DNA of 64,000 bases, taken from the NCBI GenBank assembly GCA_951406725.2, contig OX597819.1, forward strand, positions 135,470,001-135,534,000, written 5' to 3'. Under the pieces are notes generated by a model. It did not search any database and had not been told where the DNA came from. It saw nothing but the letters and a program-made list of their open reading frames with translations. Source of the DNA: Octopus vulgaris. Its lineage: Eukaryota. Numbering within the stretch: the stretch's first letter is position 1; the number at the start of each line of letters is the position of its first letter. The translations under genes and the position numbers were made by a program. Positions 10,847-24,054 of the stretch are shown piece by piece.

Positions 10847-13800
10847 AAAGCAATCAAATAAACAAATCACCAAAACAATTAAAACCATCCACTCTCGCCT
10901 CAACATTTCTGCTTAATGCCCAAGGCATCAGCCCTTCCACCAATACACAAAAATGGAAGATAAGATTCCTGGAGGACTGGGTCGAGGCCCATCCAAACCA
11001 CATCCCTTTCTTCGTCCTCACTGAAACCCATCTTAGTGACCTCCACTTGGAAGCCGAGGTGAAAGTTAAAAATTTCAAAACCATTCGTGCTGATCGTGCT
11101 GGCAGAAGAAAGGGTGGGACTGCCATTTATGTCCATGATTCATTCTCAACAGAAGCCATGAACATATTTTCGAATGGATACTGCGAAGCAGTCGCTGTAT
11201 TCAGTCAAACCAACAACTTAACAGTAGTTGGGCTCTACAGACCACCCCAAACGCCCCTACCATGCTTCAAGGAATGCCTCAACAGCATAAAGTGTTTCAT
11301 TCAGCAGTGTCAACCTGACAACATTTTAATGATGGGAGACTTCAACCTTCCCGGGGTTGACTGGTCTACAAACAGTCTGCCGCCAGGTTCTTCTCTCTCA
11401 ACCCCTGACAGGGAGGCAGTGGAATCGCTTCTTGACTTCATGGATGACTTCTTCTTGTCCCAACTGGTACTCGAACCAACGAGATGTCACAAAAATGTCT
11501 TAGACTTAATTTTCAGCAATCACACTGATACTATCCACAATATTGCAGTGGAGAAAACCCTACTCTCCGACCATGACATGGTTCTCTGTGATCTGAGATT
11601 TCACTGGCCAAAATGCAAAACAAATGTCATCCCTCCTGTTCATCCATTTGACACTATGGATTTCCACAATGCAAACTGGGAAGCGATCAATAATGATCTT
11701 GCACAAGTCGATTGGTCCTTCACGCACACATACACACCCACTAACATTAAAAAGTCCTGGCAGTCACTTGTAGACACCATCATGAACATATGTGCAAAAC
11801 ACACCCCATTAAGATCTGCAAACAAATCTAAGTGTCGAATCCCTAGAAATAGAAAATCTCTCATAAGGAAAATTAAAAGAATCAACAAAAAGATCAACAT
11901 GCTGAAATACTGTCAACAGCAACACACCAACCTGACTGCCATCTCGTCGCTAGAGATTAAAAAACATAAACTCCAAAACAACATGATGTCTATCATCAAT
12001 AGTCAGCGAAGAGCTGAAGAGGCCTGGGCCATTGAGAAGATCAAACTCAATCCCAAAGTGTTCTTTTCATTTGCCAAAAAACACAGAGTCACTGGTTCTA
12101 CTGTTGGCCCTCTGATTGATGAAAATGGTACTCTTCAAGACAATGCCAAAACCATGGGAGAGATATTGCAGAAACAATATTGCTCTGTTTTCAGCAATCC
12201 TGATATGACTGATCTGGGCTGTATCAGTGATGTTACTCCCCAATACACTTTATCGGACATAACATTTGGCGATCTTGATGTCTTAGCAGCAATAAAGGAA
12301 ATGAAGCATAATTCAGCAGTAGGTCCCGATAGGTTCCCTGCTTGTGTCTTGAAGATGTGTCAAAACCAACTTGCGCCCCCTCTAGCCAATCTGTGGCGGA
12401 ACTCACTGGATGCTGGATATATACCAGAGGACCTTCTATCCCAGTCTGTTGTCCCAGTTTTCAAAAAAGGAAACAAATCGCTTGCCGTGAATTACCATCC
12501 AATCTCACTTACCTCTCATATCATCAAGGTATTTGAGAGAGTGCTGAGATCGCGTATGACTCACTTCCTTGAGAGTCATAATATGCTGAACCCCAACCAG
12601 CATGGATTCCGTAATGGGAGAGATTGCCTGACGCAGCTACTGCATCATTTTGATGACATTTTGAGAGCCTTGGGAGAAGGTTCCAACACTGATGTCATCT
12701 ACCTTGATTTCAGCAAGGCCTTTGACAGGGTTGATCATAAGATCCTTCTGAGAAAGCTGTCCAATATTGGTGTCACTGGAAAGTTGCTGCAGTGGATCAA
12801 GTGCTTCCTGTCTAACAGAACCCAACATGTTGTAGTCGAAGGAGTCAAATCCAGCCCAGCCAAAGTCAGCAGTGGTGTCCCACAAGGCACTGTGTTGGGC
12901 CCACTTCTCTTCATCATCTACATAAATGATATTACTGATACCATCAAACACAGTAACATCAGAACCTTCGCTGATGACTCCAAGCTCCAGAAGGTCATCA
13001 ATGGCGTGGATGACCGAATAAACCTTCAGTCAGACCTACTGGCTGTTGTCCAATGGGCGGAAAAGAATAACATGTTGCTAAATGAAGACAAATTTGAACT
13101 GATCCACTTTGGAAGGGAGGACGCTCTGAAACTCCCATACTCTCTTCCTTCTGGAGAAATTCTCATGGCATCCAACAACATCAGAGACCTGGGAGTAACA
13201 GTGGACAACAACATAAGCTGGGCTACACATATAAGCAGCAAAGTTGACATGGCCCGCAGAATGTGTTCCTGGATTCTCAGAACCTTCCAGTCGAGAGATT
13301 CCCACGCTATTATCCTTCTCTTCTCCACTTTTGCCCGACCCCACCTTGAATACTGCTGTCCACTGTGGTCTCCCTACACAAAACAAAATATTATGAGAAT
13401 TGAAGCTCCCCAAAGGTCAATCACAAAAAAGATAGATGGCATGTCAGACCTTGACTACTGGGGTAGACTAGAGAAGCTGAAATTGTATTCACTCCAACGA
13501 CGCCGTGAACGCTACATTATCTGTATGATGTGGAAGATATTCCACCAGCACTGTCCGAATGATGTTGGCATCACCTTCAAAATGCATCCAAGGCTTGGAC
13601 CACGTGCCATCCGTCCACAACAAAAATCTAAATCGCATCACATAACGACAATACGGCACAACTATTTCACCTCAATTGGACCTGCTCTCTTCAACATTAC
13701 ACCAGGGCACGTCAAAAAAGAAACTGACCACACAAAATTCAAGAAGTCTTTGGACAAATTCCTTCAAACAGTACCGGACAAACCACCCACACCCGGATAT

Positions 13801-13854
13801 GTCTCCGCAAACAATAACTCTCTGCTCGAATGGGCCTTGGTGCCCAAATCCTGA
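10837..13854 (+). CDS. LINE ORF2: apurinic-like endonuclease plus reverse transcriptase (1005 aa, uninterrupted)
   Basis: LTETHL, YRPP, MGDFN, LDLIF, SDH (APE); QHGFR, YLDFSKAFD, GVPQGTVLGP, FADD, DLGV (RT). Confidence 0.97.
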   Translation: MPLKSNQINKSPKQLKPSTLASTFLLNAQGISPSTNTQKWKIRFLEDWVEAHPNHIPFFVLTETHLSDLHLEAEVKVKNFKTIRADRAGRRKGGTAIYVHDSFSTEAMNIFSNGYCEAVAVFSQTNNLTVVGLYRPPQTPLPCFKECLNSIKCFIQQCQPDNILMMGDFNLPGVDWSTNSLPPGSSLSTPDREAVESLLDFMDDFFLSQLVLEPTRCHKNVLDLIFSNHTDTIHNIAVEKTLLSDHDMVLCDLRFHWPKCKTNVIPPVHPFDTMDFHNANWEAINNDLAQVDWSFTHTYTPTNIKKSWQSLVDTIMNICAKHTPLRSANKSKCRIPRNRKSLIRKIKRINKKINMLKYCQQQHTNLTAISSLEIKKHKLQNNMMSIINSQRRAEEAWAIEKIKLNPKVFFSFAKKHRVTGSTVGPLIDENGTLQDNAKTMGEILQKQYCSVFSNPDMTDLGCISDVTPQYTLSDITFGDLDVLAAIKEMKHNSAVGPDRFPACVLKMCQNQLAPPLANLWRNSLDAGYIPEDLLSQSVVPVFKKGNKSLAVNYHPISLTSHIIKVFERVLRSRMTHFLESHNMLNPNQHGFRNGRDCLTQLLHHFDDILRALGEGSNTDVIYLDFSKAFDRVDHKILLRKLSNIGVTGKLLQWIKCFLSNRTQHVVVEGVKSSPAKVSSGVPQGTVLGPLLFIIYINDITDTIKHSNIRTFADDSKLQKVINGVDDRINLQSDLLAVVQWAEKNNMLLNEDKFELIHFGREDALKLPYSLPSGEILMASNNIRDLGVTVDNNISWATHISSKVDMARRMCSWILRTFQSRDSHAIILLFSTFARPHLEYCCPLWSPYTKQNIMRIEAPQRSITKKIDGMSDLDYWGRLEKLKLYSLQRRRERYIICMMWKIFHQHCPNDVGITFKMHPRLGPRAIRPQQKSKSHHITTIRHNYFTSIGPALFNITPGHVKKETDHTKFKKSLDKFLQTVPDKPPTPGYVSANNNSLLEWALVPKS

Positions 13855-13998
13855 ACTGAAAGACTTCACCAGGTGGTGCTATTAAGTTAGACATGGCCTG
13901 GGCCAATACTGGCCAAAACCTTTCTAAGTTATTCTAAGTTATGTATATAAATATATGTATATATATATATCTATATATATATGTATATATGTATGGAT

Positions 13999-14090
<92 letters not shown>

Positions 14091-14092
<2 letters not shown>

Positions 14093-14560
14093 GGAGTAAA
14101 CACATAAATGTGAAACAAGGTGGAAAAAAGAGTACTCAAATACCAGTGGTAGAGTAATATGCTTTATTTTAAGCAGCAGAAAATTCAACAAAATCTGTTA
14201 CTCTGAGTTTCTCGTTGCCGTTCATCAGACAGTTTTTGCTAGAATGGAACTGATATATCAATTCAATCTATACTCTTACAAACGCTACACCTTTAAAAAG
14301 AAATGGACTTGTTTGATTGGCCCTTTAGAAAAAACGGTCAATCTTCGAGCGATAAACAAAAAGGTCAAAAATATATGTATATATATATATAAAAAAACTT
14401 ATAAAAATTATAAAATCCGAGGAAAAAACCTTACATTGAATAAAATACATATTGACGTTAATGAAGAAAGTGCAAATTAATGCATAGAAATTAAACCTGT
14501 TATAAATATTACACTGCAATACATAATTATATTAAAATCTACATATATATATCAACATAC
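14091..14560 (-). mobile_element. Solo PLE pLTR / 3' terminal fragment
   Basis: Hammerhead motif ~100 nt from a terminus abutting (TA)n; TTGAGTAC motif also present at the end of the 17906 element; right boundary uncertain. Confidence 0.55.
14195..14232 (-). ncRNA. Minimal type I hammerhead ribozyme motif
   Basis: CTGT-CTGATGA-aCG gcaa CGa-GAAA-CTCAGAG-TA-ACAG; canonical core with GUA site. Confidence 0.75.
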
Positions 14561-15107
14561 ACAAAATTATGCGTGCAAACGCCATACATATACAGACGTA
14601 TGAATATAAATCTAAATATACACATAAAAGCATGTGTACATATATTCACGCAAAACCATCTCGCACGGAAGTTAAAAGATCTATGTAACGATTCTCATAT
14701 ACTGAGTAAGGGGGGAACGAAAGAAAGGGAGAGAGAGAAAAAGGAACGAAGGAGGTGTGGGGAAAAAAACGAAATAAGGAAAAAGTATGTATACAAGCAG
14801 TGTAACGGCATTATGGCATATATGGAGACCAGTATACATACATAAGTTTGAATGGATACAGTCGTGTATATGTGTGCTTAAGCACAAACATACTTTCACT
14901 TACACATACACAGATACGCATGCTTACAAATACATATGCTTTGCTATGCACATACTTATATCAACATTCTAATTCTTATTCATTTCAGCTCGCTTCGTAA
15001 GGACACTTGAAACCACGCGTCTCTAAACCATTTGAAATAAGGTAAAAAAAAATTTTCTTGTCTTGAATCTTGAGAAATACAAATGTAGGACTGGAAATAG
15101 AGTTTAC

Positions 15108-15171
<64 letters not shown>

Positions 15172-15176
<5 letters not shown>

Positions 15177-15468
15177 TAATCCAAACAAGAAAACAGAAAA
15201 AAAGGAGAAAAAAAGAGAAAAAAAACACAGCAACGCAGGACGTGGAACAATTAAAGTATTATTGACGCTCAGGAAAGAAGGGAAGGAGGGTTTAACGTTT
15301 CGAGCGGAGCTCTTCGTCGGAAACAAGGAGAAGGAAAGATCCCAAGGAGGGAAGACAGAGGAGAACATATTTGAGCTGGTGGTGCTCAAGAGATCACATG
15401 TTGAAAGAACAGAAGTTGAAGGTAGTTGAAACATGGTTTTATAAGGCAAGAGAGTTCCAAAAAAGGAA

Positions 15469-15470
<2 letters not shown>
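15172..15470 (-). mobile_element. PLE pLTR-like or retrozyme-like fragment
   Basis: Hammerhead-like motif ~120 nt from a (TA)n-abutting terminus. Confidence 0.45.
15290..15324 (-). ncRNA. Minimal hammerhead-like motif (U4C variant)
   Basis: GTTT-CCGACGA-aGAGC tcc GCTC-GAAA-CG-TT-AAAC; palindromic ACGU stem III. Confidence 0.6.
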
Positions 15471-15501
<31 letters not shown>

Positions 15502-15639
15502 AAGATGAAAAGTGTGTTTGTGCGTGCGTGTGTGTGTGTGTATTTTTGGTGAATAAAGGCAATGACAAAGCCAGCTGTCATAATGACTACTAGCTGTTTG
15601 TATCAGGCCAGGTCAAAGCCGGGTCAAAAAACAGAGGGC

Positions 15640-17735
15640 TATATGTATCATGTGTGTGTGTTGTTTGTAGTGTGTGTGTGTGCGTGTGTGTGTACGCGCG
15701 TGCGAGTGAATGTATGTATATATGTGTGCGTGTGTGTACAATGTAGGGGCTTGTATGTGTGTTTATATGTGTGTGTGTATGTATGTGTGTATGTGTGTGT
15801 ATGTGTATGTATGTATGTATATGTATGCGTGTGTGTATGTATGTATGTGTGTATGTGTGTGTGTATGTGTGTATGTATCTATATATGTATGTATGTATGT
15901 ATGTATGTGTGTGTGTAGGTATGTGTGTGTTTATGTATGTATGTACGTACGTATGTATGTATGTGTGTGTGTATATGTGTGTGTGTGTATGTATGTACGT
16001 ATGTGTGTATGTATGTATTTTTGCATGCGTGTATGTGTGTGTATACATATGTATGTTTATGTATGTGTGTGTATGTATGTATGTATCTATGTATGTAGTG
16101 TGTATGTGTGTGTGTATGTATGTATATATATGTGTGTGTATGTGTGTGTATGTATGTATATGTGTGTGTATGTATGTGCGTATGTATGTATGTATGTGTG
16201 GGTGTATGTGTGTAAGTGTGTATGTATGTGTGTGTGTGTAAGTGTGTGTGTATCTATGTATTTACGGGTGTATGTGTGTAAGTGTGTGTGTGTATGTATG
16301 TATGTATATGTACGCGTGTGTCTATGTATGTATGTGTGTATAGTATGTGTGTGTATGTATGTATGTGTACATGCGTGTATGTGTGCATGTGTGTGTCTGT
16401 ATGTATGTATCTATATGTATGTGTGTGTGTATGTATATATGTGTCTATGTATGTATGTGTGTATGTATGTGTGTATGTGTGTGTGTATGTATGTGTGTGT
16501 GTATGTTTATATGTATGTAAGTGTGTGTGTGTATGTATGTGCATATGTATGTGTGTGTATGTATGTGTGCATGCGTGTATGTGTGTATGTGCGTGTGTGT
16601 ACGTATGTGTGTATATGTATGTGTGTGTATGTATGTATATGTATGTATGTGTGAATGTATCAATGTATGTGTGTATGTGTGTGTGTATGTATGTGTGTAT
16701 TCGTGTATGTGTGTATGTGTGTGGGTATGTATGTATGTATATATATGTGTGTGTATGTGTGTGTATGTGTGTATGTATGTGTATGTGTGTGTGTGTATGT
16801 ATGTTTGTGTGTGTGTGTATGTGTGTGTATGTATGTGTGTATGTGTGTATGTATGTATGTATGTGTGTGTGTACGTGTGTGTATCTATGCATGTATGTAT
16901 GTGTGCGTGCCTGTATGTGTGTATGTGTGTATGTGTGTGTGTATGTATGTATGTATATGTATGCGTGTGCATGTGTGTGTATGTGTGTATGTATGTGTAT
17001 GTGTGTGTATGTGTGTGTATGTATGTTTGTGTGTGTGTGTATGTGTGTATGTATGTGTGTATGTGTGTATGTATGTATGTATGTATGTGTGTGTACGTGT
17101 GTGTATGTATGCATGTATGTATGTGTGTGTATGTATGTGTGCGTGTGTGTGTGGGTATGTGTGTGTATGTATGTGTGTATGTATGTGTGTATGTATGTGT
17201 ATCTGTGTGTGTATGTGTGTGTATGTATGTTTGTGTGTGTGTGTGTATGTATGTGTATGTGTGTGTATGTGTGTGTATGTATATTTGTGTGTGTGTGTAT
17301 GTGTGTATGTATGTGTGTATGTATGCATGTATGTATGTATGTATGTATGTATGTATGTGTGTGTGTACGTGTGTGTATGTATGCATGAATGTATGTGTGT
17401 GTATGTATGTGTGCGTGCGTGTGTGTGTGGTTATGTGTGTGTGTATGTATGTGTGTATGTATATGTATGTAAGGTACATGTGCGTGTGTGCGCTTACGTG
17501 CGTGTATCTGTGCGTCCCAGCTAGGTGTTTATAGGAGTGTGCGTATCCGTAGGAGTATTGTCCCTGGTGTGTGTGCACAGTCATGTGTGTGTGTGCGCGT
17601 GGGGGTGTGTGGGTGTGTGGGTGTGCGTATGGGTGTGGAAGTATGTGTGCGTACATGTGCATGTACGTTGTGTGTGTGTGGTGTGTTGGGAGTAGGTGTG
17701 TTCGTGGGTACGTGAGTATGTGTGTGTGTGACTGC
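15640..17735. repeat. Compound (TG)n/(TATG)n low-complexity tract
   Basis: Directly visible; source of the spurious CVYM/HTYI ORFs. Confidence 0.95.
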
Positions 17736-17989
17736 ATAAGGACAATTATAAAAATTAAAAAAATAAAAAATAAATAATAATTAATAAACAAAAAATAAAA
17801 ATAAAAGATGCGTGGGGTGAAGTGGAGCGCAGTCACTAAGAGGAGGGGGCTGTGTTGAGTCCGTGTGGGGTTAGAGTCCATGTATATATATAAATATATG
17901 TATGTAGGTCCCGGGTTGATTCGGGGTTAACCACAGTAAGTAAGGTACTCAATACATAGCAGAGTAAAATTAGTTTATTATATAGAAGG

Positions 17990-18040
17990 AGCTTCTACAG
18001 GACTAGTACTGTTTCATTCAAGAGAAATCTTCAGGAAGCT
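17990..18040 (-). ncRNA. Type I hammerhead ribozyme (left arm)
   Basis: Reverse complement of 25365-25415. Confidence 0.8.
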
Positions 18041-18191
18041 ATTTAACAAGAATTGTATTAGCATTTATACATTTAGGCAGGTTTAAAGGAGTGGTGGTGG
18101 GGGACTTTTTGGGGGTAGGCATAGCGCAAAAGTATCATACTTGGGGGAGTGGTCAAGGAGTCAGTGGTAAGTTAGATGAAAGAATAGATAG

Positions 18192-18230
<39 letters not shown>

Positions 18231-18439
18231 AAATAAAAAAAAAATAAAAAAAAATAAAAAATATTAAAAATATATATAAAAAAATATATATATAAAATAT
18301 ATATATAAAAAAATATATATATATAAAAAAAGGGGGGATAGAGTTATAGGTAAATAAGGAGATTCTCACTTATACCTATACACACATGTATACGTATCTA
18401 CACACACATACATACATACACATATATACACACACATAT

Positions 18440-18477
<38 letters not shown>

Positions 18478-19357
18478 CATATGTACACACATACATACAT
18501 ATCTACATACACACATACATACACCCGCCCACATATACAAATTTATACACATGCACATGCCTATACCTGTCTACACATACACACACGTATATATGCATAC
18601 ACTCACTCCCATGCATGCACGCATACACACATGTATATATATATATATATATATACCCACGACCACACATACATATATACACATAAAAATATATATTCAT
18701 ACGCACATACACTCATGCACACACAACACACCTAGTTCCCTATATACACATATTTACACCTATATATACATACACCCACATACACCTATGTACACATATA
18801 TATATATAAACATATACACGCATACATATATATACATGTGTGCACATACATACATACACACATATATACATACACATACACATACACATGTGTACCTATA
18901 CATACCTACACATACACACATACATACATACAAATATACATATACATATATATATATACAATCCAATACAGGCCCATTCCTTAATTTTAATTTTATTATC
19001 TTCATTTATTACTTTTGTTATCTTTGATCGCTAGGGCTAAGAATCCTGGCAATGGCTGCATGTCCATTTGTCTGTCTACTAGAAGGCAAGTACTCATTCC
19101 CGCACGCACACTCATTAGCACGTACATTCACCCATTCGTACACTCATACACATACACGTACGCACGCGTTATATTCATACATACAAACATCTACATACGT
19201 TCACGTATATACACATACGTACTCGTACCTACAGATTCGTGTCTACACTTTAGGAGGCTAGTCTATACATATACACCAATAAATATACATATATATATAT
19301 ATATACCCGCATATACATACACACACACACATATATACTCCTACATACAGATACATA

Positions 19358-19419
<62 letters not shown>

Positions 19420-19911
19420 CATACACATACACACATACATATACACACACATACATACACATATATATATACATACACAAACATATATACACACATATAT
19501 ATATACATACACACATACACACATACATACGTATACATACATACATACATCCATACATCCATACTTACATGCATTTATACGCATACACACACCCATCTAT
19601 ATATATGTATATATATATATATATATATACACACTCACACATACATATACAAATCTACGCACACACATACATACATACACGTATACGCATACACGCACAT
19701 ACACATATACATGCGTACCCATACACGTGCACACACGCACGCGCATCCATATATATACACACACACACATATATATACACGTGTGCAAGCATACATACAT
19801 ACTCATACGCGCACACATACTTACAAATACATATATGCACACACTTACACACATATATATACATACACATATACATGCATACATACATATATGCATACAT
19901 ACACACACGCA

Positions 19912-19957
<46 letters not shown>

Positions 19958-20020
19958 TATATACACATATAGATATATATACACATACATACACATACAC
20001 ATACATACACACATATACAC

Positions 20021-20053
<33 letters not shown>

Positions 20054-20227
20054 TACATATATACACATATACATACATATACATACACACACACATACAT
20101 ATATACATATACACTGATACACATACCCATACATACACATGCATATACTTATATCACTACATACTCACATATATAAACATATATACATATACACACATAC
20201 ATATATACATGTACATACACATACGTA

Positions 20228-20326
<99 letters not shown>

Positions 20327-20587
20327 TACATATACACATATACATGTATACATACGCAAAAATGATACACATATATACACATACACACACACAGACAGAT
20401 GCATATACATACATATATATATATATATAAATATATAACTACATATCTATATAAATACATACATAATACACATATACACACACATATATATACATTCATG
20501 CATATACATATACAAGTATACATACACATACATACACACACACGCGCACACATACATATACACACACACATATACAAATACATACAT

Positions 20588-20631
<44 letters not shown>

Positions 20632-20994
20632 ACATGTACACATATACACATGTATATATATCAACAAGGGAGGGTAAAGTTAATTAGTTATTAATCAATT
20701 TCATCAAGTGTTCAGTATGTAAAGGGACCATTATTATTTTGAGTAAACAATGTTAGAGGGAAAAAATTCTCTAAGTAGTGGAAGAGGCTAAAAAACTTTA
20801 TTGGCTGCTATTTCTAGAAAGTTTAGTATGTGGCAAAGTAATTTATTTTATTTTCCTAAGCCCTAATTATATAATATTTTATACATACATACACATACAT
20901 AAGCACATACATTTACACATACATATGCATATACATATATACACATATACATACAAACACATATACACATATACACACACACACACATACAAGC

Positions 20995-21045
<51 letters not shown>

Positions 21046-21313
21046 AATATATATACATATATATTTTTACATGCATACATACACACACACACACATAATA
21101 CATGCGTATATTCCTACTGTACCCATGCATTTCTATACATATATACATACATACATACGATACACATATACAAGCGTGCACATATAATATGTGAAAGGTC
21201 TTAGGAGAAAAGGTAATCGGGGGTGCTAGGGGAACAGTGGGGTTGGGGGGGGTTGTAGGGGGGGGTTGTAGGGGGTTGTAGGGGGGTTGTAGGGGGTTGT
21301 AGGGGGGTTGTCA

Positions 21314-21710
21314 TCAATCAGGTTGCCGGGTAGGTCTATAGTTCTTGTAGTTCGCATACTTCTTATGCATGCAATTTGGGGAGTGTTCTGAAAATTTGTT
21401 AAGGAGAGGGCCTTTGGCGAACAAGATCTCTAGGCTCTCTGATATGCATAGGTCACAGCAGGTATGTCCTCCTGTGTACGAGCGCGCCTTCTGTAGTAGT
21501 TTCCACTTGGTCTTGAAGGGGATTGAGTTCCTTTTAAGGTACCAGATGTGGGCGGCGAGGGTGGTTTGGTTGGATTTATCCTGTCGCCGGAACGAGTGTG
21601 TATGTGCATACCAGCGGGTCTTAAAGCTGTTTGACGTCATTCCAATGTAGGATTTACTTTTATCGTCAAGGCCTGATCTTACCTCGCATTTATATACTAG
21701 ATCCCTCTGT
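21314..21710 (-). pseudogene. Mirror copy of the PLE GIY-YIG fragment
   Basis: Identical translation on the minus strand. Confidence 0.88.
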
Positions 21711-22112
21711 TGCCTACAGAGGGATCTAGTATATAAATGCGAGGTAAGATCAGGCCTTGACGATAAAAGTAAATCCTACATTGGAATGACGTCAAACAGC
21801 TTTAAGACCCGCTGGTATGCACATACACACTCGTTCCGGCGACAGGATAAATCCAACCAAACCACCCTCGCCGCCCACATCTGGTACCTTAAAAGGAACT
21901 CAATCCCCTTCAAGACCAAGTGGAAACTACTACAGAAGGCGCGCTCGTACACAGGAGGACATACCTGCTGTGACCTATGCATATCAGAGAGCCTAGAGAT
22001 CTTGTTCGCCAAAGGCCCTCTCCTTAACAAATTTTCAGAACACTCCCCAAATTGCATGCATAAGAAGTATGCGAACTACAAGAACTATAGACCTACCCGG
22101 CAACCTGATTGA
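21711..22112 (+). pseudogene. PLE GIY-YIG endonuclease C-terminal fragment
   Basis: In frame from the loop: CLQRDLVYKCEV..KSYIGMTSNSFKTRWYAH..LAAHIWYLK..W..CDLCISE..LN..CMH. Confidence 0.88.
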
Positions 22113-22363
22113 TGACAACCCCCCCCCCCCCTACAACCCCCCCCCCTACAACCCCCTACAACCCCCAACCCCACTGTTCCCCTAGCACCCCCGATTACCT
22201 TTTCTCCTAAGACCTTTCACATATTATATGTGCACGCTTGTATATGTGTATCGTATGTATGTATGTATATATGTATAGAAATGCATGGGTACAGTAGGAA
22301 TATACGCATGTATTATGTGTGTGTGTGTATGTATGCATGTAAAAATATATATGTATATATATT

Positions 22364-22410
<47 letters not shown>

Positions 22411-22775
22411 GCTTGTATGTGTGTGTGTGTGTGTATATGTGTATATGTGTTTGTATGTATATGTGTATATATGTATATGCATATGTATGTGTAAATGTAT
22501 GTGCTTATGTATGTGTATGTATGTATAAAATATTATATAATTAGGGCTTAGGAAAATAAAATAAATTACTTTGCCACATACTAAACTTTCTAGAAATAGC
22601 AGCCAATAAAGTTTTTTAGCCTCTTCCACTACTTAGAGAATTTTTTTCCCTCTAACATTGTTTACTCAAAATAATAATGGTCCCTTTACATACTGAACAC
22701 TTGATGAAATTGATTAATAACTAATTAACTTTACCCTCCCTTGTTGATATATATACATGTGTATATGTGTACATG

Positions 22776-22816
<41 letters not shown>

Positions 22817-22975
22817 ATGTGTGTATGTATGTATTTGTATATGTGTGTGTGTATATGTATGTGTGCGCGTGTGTGTGTATGTATGTGTATGTATACTTGT
22901 ATATGTATATGCATGAATGTATATATATGTGTGTGTATATGTGTATTATGTATGTATTTATATAGATATGTAGTT

Positions 22976-23008
<33 letters not shown>

Positions 23009-23094
23009 GTATGTATATGCATCTGTCTGTGTGTGTGTATGTGTATATATGTGTATCATTTTTGTGTATGTATACATGTATATGTGTATATGTA

Positions 23095-23135
<41 letters not shown>

Positions 23136-23152
23136 GTGTATATATATGTATA

Positions 23153-23183
<31 letters not shown>

Positions 23184-23364
23184 GCATACGTATGTGTATG
23201 TACATGTATATATGTATGTGTGTATATGTATATATGTTTATATATGTGAGTATGTAGTGATATAAGTATATGCATGTGTATGTATGGGTATGTGTATCAG
23301 TGTATATCTATATATGTATGTGTGTGTGTATGTATATGTATGTATATGTGTATATATGTATGTG

Positions 23365-23401
<37 letters not shown>

Positions 23402-23460
23402 ATATGTGTGTATGTATGTGTATGTGTATGTATGTGTATATATATCTATATGTGTATATA

Positions 23461-23508
<48 letters not shown>

Positions 23509-23992
23509 TGCGTGTGTGTATGTATGCATATATGTATGTATGCATGTATATGTGTATGTATATATATGTGTGTAAGTGTGTGCATATATGTATTTGTAAG
23601 TATGTGTGCGCGTATGAGTATGTATGTATGCTTGCACACGTGTATATATATGTGTGTGTGTGTATATATATGGATGCGCGTGCGTGTGTGCACGTGTATG
23701 GGTACGCATGTATATGTGTATGTGCGTGTATGCGTATACGTGTATGTATGTATGTGTGTGCGTAGATTTGTATATGTATGTGTGAGTGTGTATATATATA
23801 TATATACATATATATAGATGGGTGTGTGTATGCGTATAAATGCATGTAAGTATGGATGTATGGATGTATGTATGTATGTATACGTATGTATGTGTGTATG
23901 TGTGTATGTATATATATATGTGTGTATATATGTTTGTGTATGTATATATATGTGTATGTATGTGTGTGTATATGTATGTGTGTATGTGTATG

Positions 23993-24054
<62 letters not shown>

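Larger units (their letters stand above)
9217..13940 (+). mobile_element. Apparently full-length two-ORF LINE (CR1-group, APE-RT)
   Basis: ~450-nt 5' UTR, ORF1, ORF2, short 3' UTR ending TTCTAAGTTATTCTAAGTT; (TA)n-rich on both sides; clade inferred from LYSLQRRRERY motif and tandem-repeat tail. Confidence 0.9.

Noticed and set aside
10071-13885. Alternative-frame and antisense ORFs within the LINE
   Set aside because: Shadow ORFs of ORF1/ORF2 with no independent motifs
21240-21310. Telomere repeat added by a telomerase-related RT
   Set aside because: The unit is not TTAGGG and lies internally in both arms, not at an element end
22105-22118. Selenocysteine read-through at TGATGA, as reported for some Naiad PLEs
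   Set aside because: The TGAs follow the final CxH motif, visible Cys positions use TGY, and no SECIS was recognised
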